A stretch of DNA of 64,000 bases from an uncultured Chloroflexia bacterium (GCA_963720755.1 CAVRGP010000015.1:352001-416000), one strand, 5' to 3'. Positions 18,166 to 28,699 are shown, counted from the first letter of the stretch. Made by a program: numbers and translations. Notes: a model not told the origin generated them from the sequence alone.

Positions 18166-20474
18166 CGGCTCGCCCCCGTCGATGATGCCGGCACCGCCGC
18201 CCCGAGTTCGGCGAGCAGGCGGAGCGCCAGGCCACGCGCGTCGATGTCCGGCTCGAGTCGTGGCCCCGTGCAGGCCGGACACCCTGCGTCGCAGTCGCAT
18301 GAAGCGATCAGGGCGGCGGCGGCCGTCACCAGGTCGGCATGTCGCTCCCATAGCCGTTCAGCCAGGCCGATACCCCCAGGGACCGCTTCATAGAGGTAGA
18401 TGGTCGGTCGTTCCGAGTGCGGCGATCGGACCTGGCTGACCAGGCCGAGGTCACGTGGATCGACCATCAGCAGCACACTGGCGATCGTCTGGATCGCGCG
18501 ACCTGCGCCGATCAGGGCGACGTCGAGATCACGCCGTGCCCATCGGTCGCGGGCCTCATCGGCGGTCAGCCAATATGCGGTCGTCTGGAGTTCGATCTCC
18601 GGCAGATGGATCCGGCCCCAGCCAAGGTTCTCGTTGGTGACGAACTTCAGCTTCTTGTAGATCGTGGCGAGGCTGGCGACCATGACCTCTCCGTGGAGGC
18701 GTCGCCCGCCGGTCACCGCCGACTCGGCGAAGACCTCGAGAGGCTTGAGGGTGACGGCTCGGTCCGCCTGCGTGTAGTGGTCGACATCCACCCGCCTGAC
18801 ATAGGCCTTCCGCTCGTCCCAATCAAGCCGATCGACGTGGAACTGGACGGATTCATGCAGGTAGATCGCGTCCTCGTGGACGAGCGTCTGGGCAGCGAAC
18901 AGGTCGACCTCGCCGATGACCCGGGGGCGGTCCGGCGTCGTGTCGATGATGACGACGTTCTCCTGGGCGGCCGTTCGCAGGGAGATCTCAGAAGCAGGGA
19001 AGTTCTCGCTCGACCAGTACCAGCGGCCGTCATCAGCCTGCCGGACGTGCCCGTCCTCGGCCAGGAATGCGAGGAGGTCATCCGCCGGCCCCGGACCGAA
19101 CGACTCGCCGGCTTCGAATGGCAACTCGAAGGTCGCGGCTCGGAGATGGGCGAGCAGCACGTGGAGGTTATCCGGATCGAGCCGGGCTTCCTCTGGCGAG
19201 CCTTCGAGGAGGAAGTCCGGATGGTGGACGATGTACTGGTCGATCGGAGCGCCGGACGCGACCAGTACGGCGACACTCGTCCCGCCTCGCCGGCCGGCAC
19301 GCCCAAATCGCTGCCAGGTGGCCGCGATCGAGCCGGGATAGCCTGTGACGACGGCCACATCGAGCTGACCGATATCGACCCCGAGTTCGAGGGCGTTCGT
19401 GGCCACGACCCCGAGGATCTCCCCGTCGCGCAGACCGCGCTCGATGGCCCGCCGCTCCGTCGGCAGATAGCCGCCCCGATATCCGCGGACTCGATGGCGT
19501 GGCCCGCGGTGTTCCCGGAGCGCCTCCCGGATCCCGGTGAGCAAGAGCTCGACGGCGACCCTGGAGCGTCCGAAGACGATCGTCTGGCGTCCGGCTCGCA
19601 GGAACGGCAGGGCCCAACGTTGGGCGAGCGTGACCGATGAACCGCGAGCGCCCGTCGCCGGGTCCAGGACCGGGGGATCGACCAGGACCAGGTGGCGCTC
19701 GCCGGCCGGGGCACCGGTTCGATCGATGATCGTCACCGGTCGACCGATCAGGCCCTGCGCCAGTTCCGCCGGATTCCCGATCGTCGCGGAGCAGCACACG
19801 ATCACCGGATGGCTGCCGTAGTGCGCACAGATCCGGAGCAGTCGTCGGACCACGTTCGCGACGTGACCCCCGAATACGCCGCGATAGGTGTGGAGTTCGT
19901 CGATGACGATGTAGCGAAGCTGTTCGAACAGCTGGAACCATTTCGTGTGGTGCGGCAGGATCGCCGAATGGAGCATGTCCGGGTTGGTTACGACCACCTG
20001 GCCGGCACTGCGGATGGCGGAACGGATGGGGGCAGGCGTATCTCCGTCGTAGGTCGAGGCTGAGATGGGCAGGCCGCTGGCCGACGCCAGGTCGGCGAAG
20101 CTGGCCACCTGGTCCTGGCCGAGTGCCTTGGTCGGGAACAGCAACAGGGCGCGGGCGGCCGGGTCCTCGGCGATCGCCTGGAGGATCGGAACCGTGTAGC
20201 ACAGGCTCTTGCCCGACGCGGTCGGTGTCACGACGACGACGTCGTGGCCCTGGTGGATCGCCTCGATCGCCTCAGCCTGGTGCAGGTAGGGCTGCTCGAT
20301 CCCCTGACTGGCCAGGCCGGCGACGATGCGGTCATCCAGCCAGGTCGGGAACGGCCGATGGATCGCCGCGCGAGCCGGCAGGATCGAGTGATGGACGACA
20401 CCGCGTGCGAGCGACGGTTCGGCGAGCAGGTCGGCAAGGACCGCGCCGGGCCCGGCAGGAGCGTAGGTGCGCAT
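18162..20474 (-). CDS. mrfA: DEAD/DEAH helicase with DUF1998 (YprA/MrfA/Hrq1 family)
   Basis: TPTASGKSL, PTKAL, TNPDMLH, IDELH.YRG.FG, SATI, TNALELGVDIG, QR.GRAGR, PGGIG, C.C..GCP.C. Confidence 0.92.
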   Translation of the reverse strand: MRTYAPAGPGAVLADLLAEPSLARGVVHHSILPARAAIHRPFPTWLDDRIVAGLASQGIEQPYLHQAEAIEAIHQGHDVVVVTPTASGKSLCYTVPILQAIAEDPAARALLLFPTKALGQDQVASFADLASASGLPISASTYDGDTPAPIRSAIRSAGQVVVTNPDMLHSAILPHHTKWFQLFEQLRYIVIDELHTYRGVFGGHVANVVRRLLRICAHYGSHPVIVCCSATIGNPAELAQGLIGRPVTIIDRTGAPAGERHLVLVDPPVLDPATGARGSSVTLAQRWALPFLRAGRQTIVFGRSRVAVELLLTGIREALREHRGPRHRVRGYRGGYLPTERRAIERGLRDGEILGVVATNALELGVDIGQLDVAVVTGYPGSIAATWQRFGRAGRRGGTSVAVLVASGAPIDQYIVHHPDFLLEGSPEEARLDPDNLHVLLAHLRAATFELPFEAGESFGPGPADDLLAFLAEDGHVRQADDGRWYWSSENFPASEISLRTAAQENVVIIDTTPDRPRVIGEVDLFAAQTLVHEDAIYLHESVQFHVDRLDWDERKAYVRRVDVDHYTQADRAVTLKPLEVFAESAVTGGRRLHGEVMVASLATIYKKLKFVTNENLGWGRIHLPEIELQTTAYWLTADEARDRWARRDLDVALIGAGRAIQTIASVLLMVDPRDLGLVSQVRSPHSERPTIYLYEAVPGGIGLAERLWERHADLVTAAAALIASCDCDAGCPACTGPRLEPDIDARGLALRLLAELGAAVPASSTGASR

Positions 20475-20490
20475 CGGTAGGCCTCACAAC

Positions 20491-20504
20491 CGAACAGGTG
20501 TTCG
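20491..20504. promoter_or_regulatory. LexA (SOS/Cheo) box upstream of mrfAB
   Basis: CGAAC-AGGT-GTTCG, lying between the minus-strand -10 TAGACT (20515-20520) and the ATG at 20474. Confidence 0.85.
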
Positions 20505-20539
20505 AAACCGCCAGAGTCTAGCAGAGCGTTGACGGGTGC

Positions 20540-20560
20540 CGTGACAGCTCATCTGTCACG
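20540..20560. promoter_or_regulatory. Perfect 8-5-8 palindrome between divergent promoters, putative operator
   Basis: CGTGACAG-ctcat-CTGTCACG. Confidence 0.5.
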
Positions 20561-20570
20561 CACTGCCGAT

Positions 20571-20599
20571 TTGACACGCCTCCTGGTCGTAGCTACGCT
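20571..20599 (+). promoter_or_regulatory. Sigma70-type promoter, leaderless transcript
   Basis: TTGACA-17 nt-TACGCT, 7 nt before ATG 20607. Confidence 0.75.
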
Positions 20600-20606
20600 C
20601 GCGGCA

Positions 20607-21128
20607 ATGGTTCGCCCGACCCGCTCGACGCCGACCGCCGACCCCACCGATCCGCCCGAAACGAGCGAACCGGTGCGCACGTCGTTGATCGGCATGTTCT
20701 CGGGCGGCCGGGTGACGGAACCTGATCTAGCGACCCTGCCGATCGCGGGGATCACCCGGCGCCGGATGGCCATCGTCCTCGGTGCGTTGCTGGCAGCGTG
20801 GATCCTGGTCGTCTTCGCCCGCCAGGTGAGCGAGGCCTCGGCCGCCACCGGCCGGGCGGAGGCGATGGTCGTCGACAACGCGGCCCGCCAGGTCGAGATC
20901 GATGGCATGAAGCGAGAGCTCGCCCAGATCCAGCAACTCCCGTACGTCCTGCAGCAGGCGCGTGCCCACGGCCTCGGCGGGCCACATGAGATCGCATTCA
21001 GCCTGGCGGCCGACGCGCCGTCGCTTCCGCCGGATGCACCGGGGTCGGCATCGGTCAGGCTCGGGGCGCCGGGTGCGGTGAGCCCGCTCGAACGGTGGTT
21101 ATCGGTCCTGTTCGGGTCAGCCGACTGA
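20607..21128 (+). CDS. FtsB/DivIC-like septum formation initiator
   Basis: Single TM, coiled coil, then YVLQQAR.HGL..PHE resembling the DivIC/FtsB xIExxARxxLGxxxPGE motif. Confidence 0.65.
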   Translation: MVRPTRSTPTADPTDPPETSEPVRTSLIGMFSGGRVTEPDLATLPIAGITRRRMAIVLGALLAAWILVVFARQVSEASAATGRAEAMVVDNAARQVEIDGMKRELAQIQQLPYVLQQARAHGLGGPHEIAFSLAADAPSLPPDAPGSASVRLGAPGAVSPLERWLSVLFGSAD

Positions 21129-21212
21129 TCCACCCGCTGATCAGACGTCCCGATCGGATGGGGCCCGATCAGTTGCCGGAATACGGCGGTCTTCGGTATC
21201 CTCTGCATGCGT

Positions 21213-21287
21213 GGCGGAGTAGCTCAGTGGTAGAGCAGGGGACTCATAAGCCCTTGGTCGGTGGTTCAAATCCGCCCTCCGCTACCA
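21213..21287 (+). tRNA. tRNA with CAT anticodon, most likely elongator tRNA-Met (Ile2 not excluded)
   Basis: Acceptor GGCGGAG/CTCCGCT+A+CCA, D-arm GCTC/GAGC, anticodon 21245-21247, TTCAAAT loop. G1-U72 argues against initiator. Confidence 0.93.
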
Positions 21288-21487
21288 ACCCTGCTTGAAC
21301 GACGGCTCGTCCGCGGGCGGCCGTGTCGAATCCTTTATCTACCGCCGCGCCACCATCCGATCGGGCCTGGCGTCCGTACTCATAGCCGAGACCCATGACC
21401 TCCGTCAGGGGGTGTTCATGACGCTCGACGGTATACTCGCCCCATCCGATGACGTACGGTCATCGCTCGCTCGACCCGGAGGCTCCC

Positions 21488-23392
21488 TTGAATCCCAAGT
21501 TCTTCAGGAATGGCATCGTGATGCTGGTCCTGGTTGTCGGCACGGCTGCGTTGCTGTTCACCTGGATCCAGGGCAGCACGCCGACCAATCCGGTGGGCTA
21601 TTCGCAATTCCTCACCGATGTCCAGAATGGCAAGGTCAAAGAGGTCGTCCAGCAGGGCGAGACGCTGACCGTCACGGTCACCAGCGTCCCATCGACCTAC
21701 ACGGTCGTGGTTCCGAGCGTCCTGACCCAGGTCTACCCGGATATGCTCGTCGCCGCCAAGGCCGGCGGAGTCCAACTCGATTCCGCGGTCTTCAAGGCGG
21801 ACCCGACGCCGGATACATCCTGGCTTGGGCTTGTCCTGACCGGGTTGCTGCCGCTCCTGATCATCGGCGGCTTCATCTTCTTCATGATGCGCCAGGCCCA
21901 GGGCACCAACAATCAGGCGATGTCCTTCGGGAAGAGTCGCGCGCGGATGTTCCTCGGCAACAAGACGGTGGTCACGTTCGGCGACGTCGCGGGCGTGGAT
22001 GAGGCCAAGACCGAGCTCCAGGAAGTCGTCGAATTCCTCAAGTACCCGGAGAAGTTCAACTCTCTGGGGGCCCGGATCCCGCGTGGCGTCCTCCTGGTCG
22101 GACCCCCGGGAACCGGCAAGACGCTGATGGCCCGAGCGGTCGCCGGCGAGGCAGGTGTGCCCTTCTTCAGCATCTCCGGGTCGGAGTTCGTCGAGATGTT
22201 CGTCGGCGTCGGCGCCAGCCGCGTCCGCGATCTGTTCGATCAGGCCAAGCGCAATTCGCCCTGCATCGTCTTCGTCGACGAGATCGATGCCGTCGGTCGG
22301 CAGCGCGGTGCGGGGCTCGGTGGGAGTCACGACGAGCGCGAGCAGACCCTGAACCAGATCCTGGTCGAGATGGACGGGTTCGACACCAACACGAACGTCA
22401 TCGTCGTGGCGGCGACCAACCGGCCGGACGTCCTGGACCCCGCGCTCCTGCGTCCCGGTCGGTTCGACCGCCAGGTCATCCTCGACCGGCCGGACATGAA
22501 GGGCCGGACGGAGATCCTCAGGGTCCACACCAAGGGCAAGCCGCTCGACAAGGGTGTCGACGTGGAAGGCGTCGCACGTCAGTCTCCCGGATTCTCCGGT
22601 GCTGACCTCGCCAACCTCGTCAACGAGGCGGCCATCCTGTCGGCCCGGCGGAACAAGAAAGTCATCGGGATGTCCGAATTCCAGGAAGCGCTGGAGCGGA
22701 TCGTTGCCGGCCCGGAGCGCAAGTCACGGGTCATCTCGGACGCCGAGAAGGCGATCATCGCCTATCACGAAGGCGGCCATGCCGTCGTCCAGCGGATCCT
22801 GCCCAAGTGCGATCCGGTCTCCAAGGTGACGATCATCAGCCGGGGTATGGCGCTCGGCTACACGATGGCGCTGCCCCAGGAAGACCGCTATCTGCAGAGC
22901 AAGACGGAATTCGAGGACAAGATCGCAGGACTGCTCGGCGGCAACGTCGCCGAGAGACTCATCTTCGGGGACACGACGACAGGTGCCAGCAATGACATCG
23001 AGAAAGCCACCGATCTGGCCCGGCGGATGGTCACCGAGTTCGGGATGAGCGACAAACTCGGACCGCTGTCCTTCGGCAAGCGCGACGAGATGGTTTTCCT
23101 CGGGCGGTCGATGGGCGAGCAGCGCGACTACAGCGACGAGGTCGCCCGGACGATCGACGAGGAGGTCCGGGCCATCATCGACAAGGCCTACGAGCGAGCC
23201 ACCGAGGTCCTGACGGTACACCGCGACAAACTCGTGGCGCTGGCTGAGAAGCTCGTTGCCGAGGAGACGGTCGACGCCGAAGGGTTCGAATCGCTCTTCA
23301 GCGACCTGCCGCCGAAGGAAGACGTGCACGGCATCCCGACGATCGTCGGTCCCGGCCAACCGGTCGCGGAGCCGAACCCGCAGCCGGCCTGA
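21488..23392 (+). CDS. ftsH: ATP-dependent zinc metalloprotease FtsH
   Basis: 2 [41 protein letters not shown]; TTG 21488 after GGAGG (alternative ATG 21449). Confidence 0.98.
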   Translation: MNPKFFRNGIVMLVLVVGTAALLFTWIQGSTPTNPVGYSQFLTDVQNGKVKEVVQQGETLTVTVTSVPSTYTVVVPSVLTQVYPDMLVAAKAGGVQLDSAVFKADPTPDTSWLGLVLTGLLPLLIIGGFIFFMMRQAQGTNNQAMSFGKSRARMFLGNKTVVTFGDVAGVDEAKTELQEVVEFLKYPEKFNSLGARIPRGVLLVGPPGTGKTLMARAVAGEAGVPFFSISGSEFVEMFVGVGASRVRDLFDQAKRNSPCIVFVDEIDAVGRQRGAGLGGSHDEREQTLNQILVEMDGFDTNTNVIVVAATNRPDVLDPALLRPGRFDRQVILDRPDMKGRTEILRVHTKGKPLDKGVDVEGVARQSPGFSGADLANLVNEAAILSARRNKKVIGMSEFQEALERIVAGPERKSRVISDAEKAIIAYHEGGHAVVQRILPKCDPVSKVTIISRGMALGYTMALPQEDRYLQSKTEFEDKIAGLLGGNVAERLIFGDTTTGASNDIEKATDLARRMVTEFGMSDKLGPLSFGKRDEMVFLGRSMGEQRDYSDEVARTIDEEVRAIIDKAYERATEVLTVHRDKLVALAEKLVAEETVDAEGFESLFSDLPPKEDVHGIPTIVGPGQPVAEPNPQPA

Positions 23393-23449
23393 GGGCACGT
23401 CGGCGGATCGTCCCGTTCCGTCGTCGAGCCGGGTCCGTAGAATGGGTCC

Positions 23450-24835
23450 ATGCCCGACAATGACGCCGCCATCGAAACGCACCTGGAGGCGACCCGCGAC
23501 GCTCGCCTCGAGTCCTACAAGTCGTTCCTGAGGATCCCGAGCGTCTCGGTCCTGCCGGCGCATGCGGGTGACTGTCGGGCGGCGGCCGTCTGGCTGGCCA
23601 CGGCCCTTGCGGAGGCCGGCCTCGACCATGCCGAGGTCCTCGAGACCGGCGGCCACCCGATCGTGTACGCCGACTGGCTGCACGCGCCCGACGCACCGAC
23701 GGTCCTGATCTATGGGCACTATGACGTCCAGCCGGTCGACCCACTCGAGCTGTGGACGTCCCCGCCGTTCGAGCCGGTGGTCGTGGATGATCGGATCCTG
23801 GCGCGTGGTGCGGCCGACGACAAGGGGCAGATCCACGCCCACCTGATGGCCGCCAAGGCGATCCTCGCGACTCGCGGCGCCTTCCCGGTCAACGTTCGAT
23901 ACGTGTTCGAGGGAGAGGAGGAGTCGAGCTCCGTCCATCTCGACGCGTGGCTCCGAGACCAGCGAGAGCGGCTCCGGGCCGACGTCGCGATCATCAGCGA
24001 CTCGGGCTTCTTCGACGGCAACCTGCCGGCGATCACCCTGAGCCTTCGGGGCATCATGTATGCCCAGATCGACGTGGTCGGGACCGCCGTGGATCTTCAT
24101 TCCGGGAGCTACGGTGGGGCGGTCCAGAACCCGGCCAACGCCCTCGCCCAGGTCCTCGCTGCCCTCAAGGGCCCGGATGGTCGGATCCGGATCCCCGGCT
24201 TCTACGACGATGTCGTGCCCTTGACCGAAGCCGAACGTTCGGCCCTCGCCGACCTTCCGTTCGACGAGGCTGCCTATCAGGCGACGCTGGATCTGCCGGC
24301 CCTCGTCGGCGAGGTCGGCTATACGACCCTGGAACGTCGCGGGACCCGACCCACGCTCGACATCAACGGCCTGTGGGGTGGCTTCCAGGACGAAGGCGCG
24401 AAGACGATCATCCCGGCACACGCCCACGCGAAGGTGAGTTGTCGGTTGGTGGCCGCACAGGACCCGGATGCGATCTTCGAGGCCTTCGAGCGGTACGTGG
24501 AGGCCATCGCACCGCCCGGGGTGCGGACGACCGTCCAGTACCTCGGTGGTGGGTCCGCCAGCCTGATGCCGATGGATCATCCAGCCACCCAGGCGGCCGC
24601 GCGGGCGCTCGAGGCGACCTTCGGTCGAGCACCGGTCTATATCCGCGAAGGGGGCTCGATCCCGGTCAGTGCCAGCTTCGGCACGATCCTTGGCCTCCCG
24701 GTCGTCCTCCTCGGCATCACCCAGCCCGAAGACAACGCCCACGCGCCCAACGAATGGATGGACCTCGCCAACTACGAAACGGGGATCCGGGCGTTCGCCC
24801 GGATGTTCGATGAGCTCGTCGACCTGCCACGTTGA
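23450..24835 (+). CDS. M20 family dipeptidase (Dug1/CNDP-like)
   Basis: YGHYDVQP, ARGAADDKG, EGEEE, DLHSG.YGG, GGSIP, HAPNE. Confidence 0.92.
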   Translation: MPDNDAAIETHLEATRDARLESYKSFLRIPSVSVLPAHAGDCRAAAVWLATALAEAGLDHAEVLETGGHPIVYADWLHAPDAPTVLIYGHYDVQPVDPLELWTSPPFEPVVVDDRILARGAADDKGQIHAHLMAAKAILATRGAFPVNVRYVFEGEEESSSVHLDAWLRDQRERLRADVAIISDSGFFDGNLPAITLSLRGIMYAQIDVVGTAVDLHSGSYGGAVQNPANALAQVLAALKGPDGRIRIPGFYDDVVPLTEAERSALADLPFDEAAYQATLDLPALVGEVGYTTLERRGTRPTLDINGLWGGFQDEGAKTIIPAHAHAKVSCRLVAAQDPDAIFEAFERYVEAIAPPGVRTTVQYLGGGSASLMPMDHPATQAAARALEATFGRAPVYIREGGSIPVSASFGTILGLPVVLLGITQPEDNAHAPNEWMDLANYETGIRAFARMFDELVDLPR

Positions 24836-24953
24836 CCGGGTTGGACCGAACCCGATCGAGGGCTGTGCAGATTTGTAGGGTTCGGGCGAGTGTTTCGAGG
24901 TCGTCCTGGTGCTACCCTACGTCGACCGTCACCATCGGGGAGGAATCGATCCC

Positions 24954-26030
24954 TTGAGCACAGACGCTCCCGAAACACCCGGCGTCCAGACTGCCTGGCG
25001 CCTCGACACCGCCAACGGCAGTCTCGCGCCCAAGTCGGCCCTGGACGTCCTGGTGGATCTGAATGACAAGGTCACCAGCGGTCAGGTCAGCGAATATCAA
25101 CCCGTCCCGCTCGGCTTCACGCCGCTCGACAAGACCATCGGCTCGGGCCTCCGGGCCGGCGAACTGCTGCTGATCGGCGGTGCCCAGGGCACCGGCAAGA
25201 CGACGATGGCGCTCCAGATGGCGCGGAACGTCGCCTCGGGCGGACAGGCCAACGTGCTGTACGTCTGCTTCGAGCACGATGAGCAGTACCTGCTCAACCG
25301 CCTCATCGCGATGGAGTCGGCACTGGCGCATCTGCCCCACAAGACGGGCGCGATCAAGATCCAGGACGTCCGCAAGGAGATCCTCGGGACCTGGATGGCG
25401 GAGGGCGAGGCGAACGCCCAGATGGCCAACAACCCGCGCCTCCGGCCGTCGATGGACCGGATCGCCAGGTACGGCCAGAACCTGTTCCTGATGCGCGGCT
25501 CGCAGACCGCCAGCACGATCGACAACCTCCGCAAGCTCGTCCAGTCGCACCGGGAGTTGTCAGGGGATCGACGTCTCGTCGTCTTCGTGGACTACCTCCA
25601 GAAGGTGCCGCAGATCCCTGAACCAGAGAACGAGACGGAGAAGGTCACCTACCTCGTCAACGGGCTCAAGGACATCGCCCTGTCCGAGGATGTCCCGATG
25701 GTCTGCATCGTCGCCGCGGATAAGGAGGGCCTGAAGGCATCGCGCCTGCGGAACTTCCACCTGCGTGGCTCGTCGGCGATCAACTACGAGGCCGACATCA
25801 TCCTGATCCTGAACGAGAAGTACCACATCGTCGCCAAGGTGAACATCGAGTTCAACCCGTACCAGGCGCAGCGGTTCCGGGACTGGGTGGTCATCTCGGT
25901 CGAGAAGAACCGCGGCGGCCAGGACAACGTCGACATCGAATTCGAGAAACACTTCGAGTTCAGCTGCTTCGATCCGAACGGTCGGACCGTCCAGGAGAAG
26001 CTCATCGAGGAGCGGCTCTACAACGACTAG
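24954..26030 (+). CDS. Stand-alone DnaB C-terminal (RecA-fold SF4) ATPase lacking the DnaB N-terminal domain
   Basis: GF..LD..IG.GL..GEL, GGAQGTGKTT, CFE, VDYLQ, LK.IA, LRGSSAINYEAD, EKNR; TTG after GGAGGA. Confidence 0.85.
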   Translation: MSTDAPETPGVQTAWRLDTANGSLAPKSALDVLVDLNDKVTSGQVSEYQPVPLGFTPLDKTIGSGLRAGELLLIGGAQGTGKTTMALQMARNVASGGQANVLYVCFEHDEQYLLNRLIAMESALAHLPHKTGAIKIQDVRKEILGTWMAEGEANAQMANNPRLRPSMDRIARYGQNLFLMRGSQTASTIDNLRKLVQSHRELSGDRRLVVFVDYLQKVPQIPEPENETEKVTYLVNGLKDIALSEDVPMVCIVAADKEGLKASRLRNFHLRGSSAINYEADIILILNEKYHIVAKVNIEFNPYQAQRFRDWVVISVEKNRGGQDNVDIEFEKHFEFSCFDPNGRTVQEKLIEERLYND

Positions 26031-26073
26031 TCCGATGCCGCGTCACTTCGCCCGACCGGGATAGACTGCGCTC

Positions 26074-26595
26074 GTGGCCCCGTCCAAGCAGTTCCCGGAT
26101 ATCGTCGAGATCGTGGTCGAGATCCCGCGCGGATCCCGGAACAAGTACGAATTCGACGAAGAAGCGGGGGTCTTCCGTCTGGACCGCGTCCTGTCGTCGG
26201 CCGTCTACTACAACTTCGATTACGGGTTCATCGAAGGGACCCGTGCTGACGACGGGGATCATACGGATGCGCTGTTGATCATCGACGAGCCGACCTTTAC
26301 CGGCTGTCACGTCTGGGCCCGCCCGATCGGCGGTCTGGAGATGCGCGACGAGAAGGGCTTTGACTTCAAGGTCCTGTGCGTGGCGATCGGCGACGCCCAT
26401 CAGCAGCACATCAAGCGGCTCGAGCAGGTGCGGCCCCACCGGCTCGTCGAGATCGAGCACTTCTTCCAGACCTACAAGACGCTCGAAGACAAGACCGTCG
26501 ACGTGCTGGGCTGGCGTGAGCGGGACCGAGCACTCGACGTGCTGCGGACGGATCGCGCCACCTGGATCACCGAAACGAGCCAGCCGAAGGCGTGA
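26074..26595 (+). CDS. ppa: Family I inorganic pyrophosphatase
   Basis: EIPRGS.NKYE, LDR, YGFI..T...DGD..D, M.DEKG.D.K, IEHFF.TYK.LE. Confidence 0.95.
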   Translation: MAPSKQFPDIVEIVVEIPRGSRNKYEFDEEAGVFRLDRVLSSAVYYNFDYGFIEGTRADDGDHTDALLIIDEPTFTGCHVWARPIGGLEMRDEKGFDFKVLCVAIGDAHQQHIKRLEQVRPHRLVEIEHFFQTYKTLEDKTVDVLGWRERDRALDVLRTDRATWITETSQPKA

Positions 26596-27215
26596 CCTCC
26601 AGCGGCCATCGACCGCGCTGGCCGGGCGCCGACCTTCCCGGCCGGCGATTGTTCGTGGCCGTGCCGTTGCCGGCCGACGCGACCGCTCTGGTCGCCGGAC
26701 TGGTCGAGCAGGTACGCGCAGAGGGACTCGCCGGTCGCGGTCGCGACGTCCGATGGGTCCGGCTCGACCACCTGCACCTGACCATTCGGTTCATCGGCCC
26801 GACGTTGGAAGACCGCGTCCCGGCAGCTCGTGACGCGGTTCGGGTCGCGGCCACCTCGGCGACGAGCTTCGACGCATCCATCTCTGGCGCCGGAGCCTTC
26901 CCGTCGTCACATCGGCCGCGTGCTCTGTGGCTCGGGATCCGCCTGGGTGCCCCGGAACTGGCCGACCTCGCAGGGGCCGTCGACCGAGCCATGGAGTCGG
27001 CTGGCTGGGAGTCGAGCTCCAAGCCCTTCGTGGCTCATCTGACCCTCGCCCGGTCGGATGGCGTCCCGGCCGGGGCCGCGATCGGGGCCCGCCTGGTATC
27101 GCTCGCCTCCGACCTCGAGGTCGGCTTCCGAGTGGACCGGATCGGCTTGTACGAGAGCCTGACCGGCGGTGGCCCAGCGCGCTACGAGCCGCTCGCGATA
27201 GAGTCCCTGTCGTAG
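26592..27215 (+). CDS. thpR: RNA 2',3'-cyclic phosphodiesterase (2H family)
   Basis: RLFVAV, HLTIRF and HLTLAR (two HxT motifs), LYES. Confidence 0.92.
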   Translation: MTSSGHRPRWPGADLPGRRLFVAVPLPADATALVAGLVEQVRAEGLAGRGRDVRWVRLDHLHLTIRFIGPTLEDRVPAARDAVRVAATSATSFDASISGAGAFPSSHRPRALWLGIRLGAPELADLAGAVDRAMESAGWESSSKPFVAHLTLARSDGVPAGAAIGARLVSLASDLEVGFRVDRIGLYESLTGGGPARYEPLAIESLS

Positions 27216-27311
27216 GCCGGGGGTGAATCTGGTTGCGTTCGGATCGCCCGGCACGATAGGCTCCACTCCCGGCCGTCGAGGTGGCCGCCACCAGACATCG
27301 ATCAGGAGGCC

Positions 27312-28685
27312 ATGATGGCGCCGTCCGACCCTCGGCAGACGAAGTTCGTACTCGATGAATCGCGGATCCCGCGCGCCTGGTACAACATCGCCGCCGACCT
27401 GCCGGTGGCGCCCGCCCCGCCGCTCCATCCGGGCACCCATCAGCCGATCGGGCCGGACGATCTGGCGCCCCTGTTCCCGATGGCGTTGATCGGGCAGGAG
27501 GTCTCCGCCGAGCGTGAGATCGAGATCCCGGAACCGGTCCGCGACGCCTATCGCCTGTATCGCCCAAGCCCGCTCTACCGAGCGCACCGACTCGAGCGGG
27601 TGCTCGATACGCCCGCCCATATCTACTACAAGTACGAAGGCGGCAGCCCGGCAGGCAGCCACAAGCCGAACACGGCCATCCCGCAGGCGTTCTACAACAA
27701 GGAACAGGGCGTCAAGCGCCTCGCGACCGAGACCGGAGCCGGCCAATGGGGGAGCGCCCTCGCGTTCGCGGGCGCGCTGTTCGGACTCGAGGTCAAGGTC
27801 TACATGGTCCGGGCGAGCTATGACCAGAAGCCGTATCGCCGCGTCCTGATGGAGACGTATGGGGCGGAGGTCGTCGCCAGCCCGTCGCCGACGACGAACT
27901 ACGGTCGTGCCGTCCTGGCCGAGACGCCGGACAGCCCGGGTTCGCTTGGGATGGCGATCAGCGAGGCCGTCGAGGACGCCGCGACCCGTGACGACACCAA
28001 GTACGCATTGGGCTCGGTGCTCAATCACGTGCTTCTCCATCAGACCGTGATCGGTCAGGAGGCCATCGAGCAGATGGGCATGGCCGGCGAGTCACCGGAC
28101 ATCGTCATCGGATGCACCGGTGGAGGGTCGAATTTCGCCGGTCTGGCCTTCCCGTTCCTCGGCCGCAACTTCCGCGAGGGCGCGACGCATCGGATCATCG
28201 CCGTGGAGCCGGAGGCGGCGCCGAGCCTCACTCGTGGCGTGTACGCCTACGACTTCGGCGACACGGGCAAGATGGCGCCGATCGTCAAGATGCACACCCT
28301 GGGCTCCGACTTCATCCCTGAACCGATCCATGCCGGCGGATTGCGCTACCACGGCATGGCGCCGCTGGTGAGCCTGCTCAAGGAACACGACCTGATCGAG
28401 GCGCGAAGCGTCCACCAGCGTTCGACCTTCGAGGCCGGGATCCAGTTCGCGCGCGCTGAAGGGATCCTGCCGGCCCCGGAGCCGACCCACGCGATCCGCG
28501 CCGCCATCGACGAGGCGCTCATCGCGAAGGAGGCGGGCGAGGCACGGGTCATCCTGTTCAACCTGTGCGGTCATGGCCACTTCGATCTGTCCGCCTATGA
28601 GCGGTACCTCGACGGCTCGTTGCAGGACTACGAGTACCCGCGCGAGAAGGTCGAGGCCGCTCTGGCCGGCCTTCCCCAAGTCTGA
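27312..28685 (+). CDS. trpB2: TrpB2-type tryptophan synthase beta-like enzyme (no trpA nearby)
   Basis: [57 protein letters not shown]. Confidence 0.93.
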   Translation: MMAPSDPRQTKFVLDESRIPRAWYNIAADLPVAPAPPLHPGTHQPIGPDDLAPLFPMALIGQEVSAEREIEIPEPVRDAYRLYRPSPLYRAHRLERVLDTPAHIYYKYEGGSPAGSHKPNTAIPQAFYNKEQGVKRLATETGAGQWGSALAFAGALFGLEVKVYMVRASYDQKPYRRVLMETYGAEVVASPSPTTNYGRAVLAETPDSPGSLGMAISEAVEDAATRDDTKYALGSVLNHVLLHQTVIGQEAIEQMGMAGESPDIVIGCTGGGSNFAGLAFPFLGRNFREGATHRIIAVEPEAAPSLTRGVYAYDFGDTGKMAPIVKMHTLGSDFIPEPIHAGGLRYHGMAPLVSLLKEHDLIEARSVHQRSTFEAGIQFARAEGILPAPEPTHAIRAAIDEALIAKEAGEARVILFNLCGHGHFDLSAYERYLDGSLQDYEYPREKVEAALAGLPQV

Positions 28686-28699
28686 CCGACGCGATCAAC

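Noticed and set aside
18162-20474. DUF1998 helicase as DISARM/Druantia defence component
   Set aside because: Paired with a YprB exonuclease under a LexA box (MrfAB repair); no methylase or other defence genes nearby.
21213-21450. tRNA as an island integration site
   Set aside because: Followed by a GC hairpin and ftsH; no integrase or duplicated tRNA 3' end noticed.
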